Virus record (IMG/VR): IMGVR_UViG_3300046694_000223
Coordinates: 1-64,000 of that record
Source of the DNA: a virus
DNA: 64,000 nt
Reading direction: 5' to 3' (one strand)
Each line of letters starts with the position of its first letter. Positions within the stretch are counted from its first letter, which is position 1. Below are positions 52,532 through 62,312 of the stretch, piece after piece. The notes beneath the pieces are model-generated. The model had not been told where the DNA came from and ran no database searches. It was given only the letters and a program-made list of their open reading frames with translations. The position numbers and the translations under genes were made by a program.

Positions 52532-52765
52532 TTAATAGCTCTCCTTCTCATACGAGGCAATTCCTATTTCTCCATTTTCATCAATAAAGGCAATTGCATA
52601 GCAATCAATATCATATCCAGGACTTTCATATCCTCCAACGTAGTCAAAAGTACATTTTGTTTTAAATTTATATCTAACGTCTTCACATAATTGATGTAAA
52701 TTTAACTCATCTTCGTTTTGTTCATGATTCTCAATTATTTCATTGATATAATCTTTGATATTCAT
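52532..52765 (-). CDS. Hypothetical acidic protein
   Basis: ORF with RBS. Confidence 0.55.
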   Translation of the reverse strand: MNIKDYINEIIENHEQNEDELNLHQLCEDVRYKFKTKCTFDYVGGYESPGYDIDCYAIAFIDENGEIGIASYEKESY

Positions 52766-52878
52766 TTTTATATTTCCCTTTCTTTTCTTGATAAAAGTTA
52801 CATTTTATGAGGTTTTATACACTATATATAGATATACTATTAATGTTAAACACTATATATAGTATATAAAATGTATAT

Positions 52879-53196
52879 TTATAGACTAACCAACTTATTT
52901 TCATATTTAAAACCGTCATTGGTCATTATTGGCACTTCTTCCATGAGCACATCTGGCACAAAAGTCAATGCTTCGGCTACAGCGTAGCTTCCATCTGGAT
53001 TTCGTTGTTGCGTAGATACTTGAACCAGACATCCATTGGGTAAATTGCATACTTTAGTTGATTTCATCCATCCTTGAGTTTCAGAACTTGCTTTGCAAAG
53101 TAAGGCAAATGTATCTCCATTTCCCACAACTTTAATATCTGATACTTTTTTCTTTGCGTCCTCAATATTTTCAACTGACAAATTCTTTTCTTCCAT
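52879..53196 (-). CDS. Small phage protein of unknown function
   Basis: KASS..QGWMKSTK...GCLVQVSTQQ.NPDGS..VAEAL.FVP; RBS aaggag. Confidence 0.6.
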   Translation of the reverse strand: MEEKNLSVENIEDAKKKVSDIKVVGNGDTFALLCKASSETQGWMKSTKVCNLPNGCLVQVSTQQRNPDGSYAVAEALTFVPDVLMEEVPIMTNDGFKYENKLVSL

Positions 53197-53247
53197 TGTT
53201 AATCATTCTCCTTATTTTTAATTTGTGAAATGTGCATTTCATCTCAC

Positions 53248-55770
53248 TTACCACCAAATAACTAATTTTATCCAACCATATTCATCGGCTAGTGGATGCA
53301 ACACGGTATTCCATTTTTCTAGAATCATTCTTTGCCAATCATTTGGCTGTATTTTTAATTTCTTATAATCAATTCCTTCTTCTGTTCCAACGTAAATAGA
53401 ATTGGCACTATCGTTACGCACATCTCTTCTAAATACCGCTTTTAATTGATAGTGCCAATAATCGCAATATTCGAATTCTTCTTCACGATAATAAGAACTC
53501 TTTGAAATATCGAATCCCAGTTTTACAAGATCCTTTTCGCAGCCTCTTGTATCAAACCCTAATGAATGTTCGATTATGTTATTTAGTTCAAAATAATCAT
53601 ATCTATTTTCTTCGTTTGACACACTTTTAAGACTTTTTATATCTATTATTGTCTTTCTTTCATCACCGTAATGTAGATTATATTTATTAAATATACTCAT
53701 AAGACCTCCTTTAATTTCCTAATGAAATTTGACATTCATACACTTCAAAAATATTTATATTCTTTATGTTCTTGCTCATAGAAATTTGCAATACGTTTTA
53801 CTGTTTCTGATAGTTCCGATATCTTAATTGGTTCAAACTTAATTTCAGAATTTTTGGTAGGAGAAATAATGGTTGTTGGAGTCAATGATTTTAACCCGTC
53901 ATATAAAGCCAATAACTCTCCATATGAAAAGCGATAGTTATATGTGATTCTGTTATTATCATTTATGTATCCAAATACTTCGCCACTTTCCTTTAGGACT
54001 ATTCCAATCAACGCTAGTTTGCGCTTTATGGTTTCTTTAAATGAATATCCTTCCCCGTATTCATCAAACACAATTTTAACTGGCTGTTCATGGAGGATAT
54101 TCAGAACAACCTCATCTGCATATGTTTCAAAATACAAACCCTTCAAAGTTTTTGGTTGTTTATATTTTCCTTCTTTGAAATCAACTTTTTGAATAACCAC
54201 TTGATTTGGATTTCTTTCAATTCCAATGATCCAAAGCATAATCAGAACTCCTCCATTTCATTTTTAATCTCAGTAATTTTCTTGTTATAATATTTCAATT
54301 TTGATTCTTTTGCTGTTTCAAATTTATCAATAATTCCTTCGCACTGTTTCTTATAGTGTTTTACACATTCTTTCTCATCATTGAAAATATTAAGCGACTC
54401 ACCAGTATAAGAGCGATACCCAGTATTATCATATGGAGCAATTACTTGTGCCAGTGGTTTGCCGTTCTTGCCAAACGGTCTAAAGTGAAATTCGGAATAA
54501 TATACAGTTTTATTACTTGGTAATTCTTCATTGCTTACAACCATAACTTTTGTTGGTTTAACATGACGGATGGGCTGATTGTCAATATCATTAAAACGAT
54601 AATCGCAAATCCAGACTTCTTCACCAATCTTAATTGCCTCTTTGTATTCGGCGTGGTTCAATTAATAAGCCCTCCCCAATTTATAATCATCGGCATGTTC
54701 CCATTGTCGATACCACTCAGAAGCATGAGCCATAAATACATCATTATGTTCCTGGTTATTGTTTACCATCCATGTTTTAGATTCAACTGTATAGTCGCCT
54801 ACATCTAAAGATTCGTATTGTCCATAGTCAACCAGTCTCATTCTGTTTACTTTCCAACGTGTCGTAAAGGGCCAAAACTCTGCTTCAGCTTTTGTTCCCC
54901 CTGTTTTCCAGTTCTCAATTTTACCGTCTAGCAATAGAACATTTGCGTGTAGTTCGTGAGGATATGTATCAGACCAGTGCATTAGTTTCCTCCTTCGAGT
55001 TTTTTAAGCAGTACATCAATTTCCGATTTACAATATACTCTCCAGTTGGGCATATGATCATCAAGCAGCTCAAAATAATTTAGAAACAATTCGACATATG
55101 TAATTGCCAAACTTTTTCTATTGTCGTTTAATCTACCTACCTCATCAATCAATTCGCAGATAAGCAAAGAGTCTCCATCGGACAGAAATTGTCTCTTATG
55201 CTTAATCTCTTTGAGTTGTTTGAGCGTAAATTTCAATTACATTCCCTCCTTTTCTTGATCAAATACGCCTTTTATCCACTGTGTCTTTTACTCCACTCTT
55301 TATAGATATCTTCCCAACAACCATCCGCTCCTTCGGATGACAGATAGTCTGGAATGAGGTATGAATCTTCAATTCCATATTGACCAAGTTCAACTATATA
55401 GTGACCATTAGTTACTTTTTCTTTTACCCATTCTGCATGCTCAATATTTTTCTCTTTATCTGTTAATTTGCTCCACAGGTCATATAGTTCTTGTGCTGTA
55501 TCAATGTAATTCAATCTAAGTTTTGAATTCATGCTTGAGTCTCCTTCCTTATGAAATATATCTTTCACTGTACTTTTACTCATTCGGCGCATAAGACATA
55601 TCTGAATCATATCTTTGATTGGCTTTATCCCAGGCTTCATCATAGTCTAATTCATTCACCTGGATAAACAGATCGATTAGTTGAAGAATGTTTGAATACT
55701 CTTCAGTCAACTCTTCAAATTTTCGTTGCTTTTCTTCGCTTAATTGGTCAAAAGTAATTTCTTTATTCAT
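53248..55770 (-). CDS. Run of hypothetical genes (53248, 53745, 54242, 54662, 54982, 55272-55532, 55576)
   Basis: Co-oriented ORFs with RBS or stop-start coupling. Confidence 0.6.
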
Positions 55771-55820
55771 AAAATATATTGCCTCCTTTCTTTTTATTTC
55801 TCATAAAAGCATTATTTCTT

Positions 55821-56456
55821 TTAGTTGTCAAAGAAGAATACCAATCGAATATCTTCTTCTCTTGTCTGATACTTGGGAACATCATGATCCTTCAAATACT
55901 TTTTCATTTTATCAATTGTTTCATTGTAAAACTCACTGCATAGTTCTTTTATATCGGTTTTATAAAATACCTTATACCCGAAATTAGTATCTTCGTGTCT
56001 AAGATATTTCTCGCCATACTTATCCTTTGCTTCTCTTAGTCTCTCTTCATTAAACGCAAAGTCAGTTCCCTCTTCTTCTTTATTCCACCCTGCATACTCT
56101 AGGATTTCCTTTAGGGTTAGATAGGAGTGCGAATGTCCGTCACAACCGTAATCATCTGATTGCTGTTTAGTTTCATCGGATACATCTACAGGCAATCCTT
56201 TCGGGTTACTGATTGGTTTAATTTCATCCCAGTAATTACGAACATTTGCCAACACTGCGAACAAACAATAATTCCGTCCACTGTAGATTCGATCATCATA
56301 GTCAATATGAAATCTATTTGGGTAGTCCTCGGGGTATTGAATATGACTCTCATCTACCGTCCATTTATCTGCGTTTACCCAAATTCCATTTTCTCTCTTA
56401 TCATCATCATAAGAATATCTCTTAACTTCCAAGTAAGCGTGAATATCACAGCCCAT
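55821..56456 (-). CDS. Phage protein of the MGCDIH...RLVFFFDN type, function unknown
   Basis: MGCDIH, RNY.LFA.LA.VRN, GLP.D, HSHSYLTL.E. Confidence 0.65.
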   Translation of the reverse strand: MGCDIHAYLEVKRYSYDDDKRENGIWVNADKWTVDESHIQYPEDYPNRFHIDYDDRIYSGRNYCLFAVLANVRNYWDEIKPISNPKGLPVDVSDETKQQSDDYGCDGHSHSYLTLKEILEYAGWNKEEEGTDFAFNEERLREAKDKYGEKYLRHEDTNFGYKVFYKTDIKELCSEFYNETIDKMKKYLKDHDVPKYQTREEDIRLVFFFDN

Positions 56457-56509
56457 AATTACACCTCTTTATATATATTTTTATTTGAATTGATAAAACC
56501 ACTATTTCG

Positions 56510-57270
56510 TTATTCTTTTTCAGAATAAAATCCAATTAATTTATAGTGCTCATGATCGCTGTCAATATACTCCCTTTTGATTTCTTCGCTATAAATATCG
56601 AAATCATCTAGTGCTTCAATATACCCCGCAATTCTTCCAGAAATACTATCGTGATATTGATCTCCTTTTACCAAGACTTCTTTTGTGTCAAGATCGAACA
56701 ATGCCTTCTCGTCTTCAAATTCATCATTTACATAAACTACTAACTTCATTTTTAAAACTCCTTTTATTTTTATTTTGATAAAAACTCAATTTCATCAGAT
56801 TATTACCTTCAAAAAACTCAATGTTTTCGCGGTTTTTCTAAATCGAATTCCTTCAGTGTGTCGGCAATTTCATCGCTTGACGCAAAGCTTGGCTTCTTTA
56901 AATCAACTTTTCCACTCAGTAATTTTATGTATTCAACATTTTTATTTGTGATTGACTCTGGTGCTACATAAACTGTCTCATTCTTCAATTCAAGCACTCC
57001 TTAAAGGAATAGGCCTTCCATTATAGAAGACCTATTTATATTTACTAATTACCGTTTGTTATTAGATTGCTGACGCTGCTTCGCGTATTTTGTTAACGTT
57101 GATCCTCCTTTAGCCGTATTCTTCTCTGGCAATACACTCCCAAAGATCAATCCTTGTTTCTTGCAATAAGCTTTTGCTTCATTTTCTACGCCAATTCGAT
57201 CTGTTGCTGTGAATTCCTTGATTACTACACTTGCTCCGCTTTGGGTTGTTGCTAGGCCGTAAAATGTCAT
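56510..57270 (-). CDS. Small hypothetical genes (56510-56749, 57049-57270 and a short ORF between them)
   Basis: ORFs with RBS. Confidence 0.55.
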
Positions 57271-57326
57271 ATGTATTGTTCTCCCTTATTATATAATGTA
57301 TTTTGGTATTTGTATATATTTATTTA

Positions 57327-58973
57327 TTAAATATTTTCCCGATAATCATCAATGAAAAGTTGCAGTGTTTTGGTGATTTTAAACTTGGGTTTATAAACTT
57401 TCCAGATATTAATGTTGAGCGATCCAATAGCTTCAATCTCTGAAAACACCGGGACAGAATTAAAATATTGCTCATCTGTCTTAAACTTCATTAACTGAAT
57501 CTTATCACAGTCAACCTTCACTGTGTTTGCGGATTTACCCATAAGCTTTTTATCAGAGACGAATAACCCTCTAATGAGAAACTTTCCCTGCTTGAATTTG
57601 TTTCCTGTTATCCGGTAAAACTCATTTAGATAATTGACTAAGTTTTCATTAACATCAGACAAGTTAAACTCTAGATCATAATACAGAGAATCATCTGCTT
57701 CAAAGTTGGTCAATTTTTTGTTCAGTTCATACTGGAGTTTGCCTAGATTGACTTTGAGCAACTGTACTCCTCCAGCACCTGGATGACCTCCTGTATAAAA
57801 AACATTGTCACAGTCAGCAAGTAAATCCAACATTGAGAAATCTTCAAGTCCTCGGAAGCTTCCTGCGTATGCATCTTCGGTGTCGCCTTCACCCAATACA
57901 ATTGCTGGCCTATTAAATGTTCTAGATAGCTCTTGCGCTACAAGCCCCATCATCCCTTTTCCAAGTGATGGATCAACAACGATAATTGTCTTATTTGATT
58001 CGTCTATTGTTGGTTTCAACCGTTGCAAAGCTTCAGCTTGAACCTCCTTACGCTTCTCGTTAGCCTTTACCAACTCTTTAGCCAATCCTTTAATGTCGTC
58101 TGAGTCGTCTACGCACATCAGAAAGTCAATTGCTAACTGAATATTATCGGCTCGTGTAGCAGCCGTTACAGCAGGACTCACGCCGTACAAGAAGTCTGTC
58201 GCAGATAGGTTTAATAGATCATAATTCATTGCTTGAAACAACGCCTTAAGTCCTGCATGATGTAGATTTTTTAATGACTGCTTTGCGTAATATCTATTCT
58301 CTAATTCCAACATAGACATCATATCAGCCATAAGTGCAAATCCGGGCAGATCATCGAGCTTGTTTGAATAATATGTATTCATGTAATCATCAATGACTTG
58401 ACAAACTTTAAAGACCAACAATCCTCCGCAAGCATTTTTATTAGGGTAGGAGCATCCCTCTTGCTGGGGATTGACTAAAATAGCATACGGATTATCTACT
58501 GTAACCGTATGATGGTCGATTATTAAACAGTCAATTCCTTTTGATGATAGTAATTTCATTGTTTCAACGTCATTTGATGAACTGTCTACTGCAATCAGTA
58601 CCTTTGTCGATTCAGGAATTGTTTCAACTAGTCCATTAATATTATGCCCCTCAGAGCGTTCATTGCACACGTAATATACTTCGTCGGTGAAATTAAGTAG
58701 ATACTTATACATTGTCACCAACGAAGTTACACCGTCATAGTCTAGCTAATCAGGGTCGCCAGTAATTGTAATAGGCTCACGGTTCCGAATTGCAAGGATG
58801 ATTCGTGTAGCCAATTCGTTAATATTCTTAAGTAGATAGGAATCACAAATTACATTAGACAGTGGATTCAGGAATTGATCAATGTTTGTGATTCCGTTTA
58901 ATTTTGCAAGCATAGAATATGTATTATCATATGATTCAAATGGAATGACAGGTGTTTTTTGTTTCCATTTCAT
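57327..58973 (-). CDS. recJ: RecJ-like DHH exonuclease (YorK-like) with one in-frame TAG at 58746-58748
   Basis: The two track ORFs share a frame: ITGDPD*LDYDGVTS, then IAVDSS, IIDHH, ADMM, GSFR, GGHPGAGG. Confidence 0.9.
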
Positions 58974-59001
58974 TTATAAATACCACTCCCATTATATTTA
59001 T

Positions 59002-59175
59002 TTACTCTTCAATCAGCGCTGTCAACACTTCAATTCTTTCGTCTTTGTTAAGATTAACCCAAAGTTCAGTAACATCATTGAAGATTTCTTTTACGTCACG
59101 AGATTCACCATTATCATCCTTAAGATTGATACCAAAATCACTAAGCATATCTACTACGACATTATTTTTATTCAT
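59002..59175 (-). CDS. 57-aa protein resembling a tape-measure core segment
   Basis: aaggaggtga RBS; LSDFGINLKDDNGESRDVKEIFNDVTELWVNL. Confidence 0.65.
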   Translation of the reverse strand: MNKNNVVVDMLSDFGINLKDDNGESRDVKEIFNDVTELWVNLNKDERIEVLTALIEE

Positions 59176-59222
59176 TAATATCACCTCCTTGATTTGATAA
59201 AAGATAAGTTTTATCAACTTTT

Positions 59223-59740
59223 TTACTCATTGATTAGATGGTCGGCAACTCGTACTTTTGGAAGCCTCATAACTACAAAGGCACCAAAATCAGACAATGC
59301 ATTTTCTCCTTTAATAGCATCTTCAGGGATTAAAATTTCAGTATTAATGCGGAAGTAACCCTTATATTTACCTGATTTTGCTGGAGCGTAAGTTTTTAGT
59401 TGTCCAGAAAATGGAGCAAGCACTAAAATACTATCGTTATATTTATCCTTAATCTGTCCCGCTAACTCGGAAACCGTTTCTTTGTTGACGTCAAATATTA
59501 CATCTCTGCTCATTGATCAATTCTCCCTCAAATTTAATTTTAAATCACTACCAATTATTTAAAGAAATTATTCAGCTCTCCGCTATGATCACTAATTCGT
59601 TCAATCAAATTAATGATGTCTTCTTTTGTTGATTCGCCATCAGGGACATGCTCAAAAATTTCATCCCAACTATACAATTCCAAATTTCTAACTGCATCCA
59701 CCAGTTTACTCGCTTCACTTGCTGCATCATTAATTGACAT
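59223..59740 (-). CDS. Two small hypothetical genes (59223-59513, 59555-59740)
   Basis: RBS present. Confidence 0.6.
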
Positions 59741-59755
59741 TTTATATCAATCCTC

Positions 59756-60070
59756 CTAATATTCTTTTACTTCTAAGCCATTCTCTCGACTAAACATTTT
59801 TCCATCTTTCGCAAACCATCCGTCTTTTCCAGTGCCAACACAATCAGGGCAAGTGTAGCCAGTATCATATTCATGCTCTCGATAATATCCTCCACCATTA
59901 CACCACTTACAATCAGGTAATCGGAACCAACGTTCTTCTTCTGCTGTTGGCATATCGCCTAATTTAATTGCTTTCTGAAGGTGCTTCTTGGTTTTACGCG
60001 ATACACCTTCAATGTGAAACCTGTTCTTGTTGTAATATTTCCAGTGCCTACTCATCCATAATGGTTTCAT
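59756..60070 (-). CDS. Small protein with DnaJ-type zinc finger
   Basis: CKWCNGGG and CPDCVGTG. Confidence 0.65.
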   Translation of the reverse strand: MKPLWMSRHWKYYNKNRFHIEGVSRKTKKHLQKAIKLGDMPTAEEERWFRLPDCKWCNGGGYYREHEYDTGYTCPDCVGTGKDGWFAKDGKMFSRENGLEVKEY

Positions 60071-60075
60071 ATGTA

Positions 60076-62072
60076 TTAACTCTCCATAATCATATTTGCT
60101 TCATCAATCAGATCGTCCAGAATATCACGAATCTGGTTCGCTTGCTTATTCCAGCTCTCAATTTGATCATCTGTGAATACCGTGTTGGGATTCTGAAAAA
60201 TTGAGAATAGCAGTGATACATCCATTGGGAATAGTTTTGTTCTAAAGATAAAATTGTTTTCTTCTTGGCTCATATATTTTTGTCTCCTCTCTTTAGAACT
60301 GCTCAACATATGTACTTTCTGGTCTTACACTCCACCATCTTGGTTCATCGACAGTTACGATCTGGCATTCTCCATCATACATTTCTGCCAAAAAGCCGTT
60401 ATCATTCCATACAGTCAGAAACCAATCGTCTTTATCGACATAATCAAGATTTGTTTCAACCGCATACTCTTTGCCTTTAGTAAGACCCCAACTTAGGTGA
60501 TGTTCGGCAGTATATTTAACTACTGTAAATTCTTTTTGTAACATTATTTATTCATTCTCCCTTTTTGTTTTCTTCAATTCTTCAAGATACTTTTCTTGAT
60601 ATTCAATGTCTGTGATAGGAATAACCAATCCCTTTGATCGTTCTTCTAAGTTGAAATTTGTCTCATAATAAATATCGTGTTCGCTTGATTTAAAACTCTT
60701 CATTGTTTCTCCTTGAAACCTCATAACACCGTAACAAAAATTGATATGTCCTAAGCTTTCAAATCCATTTAGTCCACATTCTTCAATGATGTTCTTGTAA
60801 GCAGTCAATACTTCTTTTGCTTTTTTTGAGTTGGCTCTTAGTGAACCATCTTTTTTGAATATTTTTTTATTTTCTTCTTTCGTGATTTCCGAAAGGTCGA
60901 TCTGTAAGTAACTAGAAGCGTGAACCAACAGTGTGATTTTCTCATCTAGCAATTCACTTAGTTTTCCGTAAACCTGTTTCCAATTTGGCAACATATTCAA
61001 ATGCTTCTTAACTGCCAAATCGAAATCCGTACCATTCTTAATCTTAAAATATTGCAAGGTCATTTTTATTTCTCCTCTTAATATATTTTTTATAAAACCC
61101 TTTTCTTCAAAAAATATGTTCTATCCTAACTACGCCACCAATCTTGCTGATCATCTGCATACTCTTCCATGTGATAATACTTTTTGTAATTGTTCCAATC
61201 ATCTAAATCTAGTCCTTGTTGTTTTGCGTCTTCATAATCTTCATCTGAGTATGGTTTAGATGCCTCACTACATAATTCAATGCCTTCTTGAGACATATAT
61301 TCATCAGATATTTTTGTTTTTACCCATTGATCATAAATTCTATTAAGGCATTTTCTCATTCTTTCCAAACTTTCAAGATCATCAAAAACAATTGTCATAT
61401 CATGGCCCGGAATATCTGCGTTACAAGGATGTTTTTCAACGATGTCTTGCGCCCATTCTTCTGTTCCAGTCGCAAAAACAACACTATCTGTGTGTCCAGT
61501 CTCTTCATTAATTCCTGAAAAGATCGCTGTTCTTGATTCATTTGTAGTGCTTTTAATATGATATGTATTCATAATTCGCTCCTTTGTTTATATTTATTTC
61601 TTCATGAAAGTATGTATTTATCATCAATTACAATCCTAGCTTATACCGACCGAACAAACTTTTCTTTGCCATAACTGGCTCATCATCTTTAGTGAGAAAA
61701 ATAACATCAACAATAATGCTTTTAAATTTTCCTCTCTTTTCGGGATCAATCGTGTACATAATGTTGCGTGTTTTTGTTTTAATGTATAGAACTTCATCAT
61801 AATCTTCTTTTACGACTCCATACTCCCACCAAGTAGCAAGTTCTTCGTTTTCGCCTTTATAACTTATTTGAACTAATTGCCCTTTTAGCATGTTATTTTT
61901 CTCTCCTCTTGTTTCAATAAAACTATTCTTTCGTGTGGTCTTAGTTAAGTGAATCAATAATGACTTGAACAAATTCATCCAGCTCGTGTGCAGTTTCAAT
62001 ATCATTGGTTCGTTCAGCAATTTGGTTCAATTTATCAGCTACTGCTATAAGAAATTCATTGTCAGCTTTCAT
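60076..62072 (-). CDS. Run of hypothetical genes (60076, 60293, 60548, 61126, 61628-61891, about 61945-62072)
   Basis: Co-oriented ORFs. Confidence 0.6.
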
Positions 62073-62075
62073 TTA

Positions 62076-62270
62076 CTATCCCCCCTGTTCCTCAATTTCA
62101 ATGGCCTTGTATGAACAACCCAATCTTTCAGCATAAAAACTAGCCTCTGACTTGCTAAAATGTTCAGCATTTTTTGGATCATCGATGACACTACATTCTC
62201 TGCTGCTTAAGTCAAGACTATCAACATATTAACTCTCATTAAAATACAAAACGTAAACTGTAACTGCCAT
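62076..62270 (-). pseudogene. Small gene with an internal in-frame TAA at codon 14
   Basis: GGAGG RBS; MAVTVYVLYFNES*YVDSLDLSSRECSVIDDPKNAEHF...EEQGG*. Confidence 0.6.
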
Positions 62271-62312
62271 TATTTAACCTCCATTCATGATCAAACTCTT
62301 ATTTTACAAAGA

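Noticed and set aside
57327-62270. Genome-wide stop-codon reassignment
   Set aside because: TAG, TAA and TGA all end many normal genes; only two internal stops were found and they use different codons.
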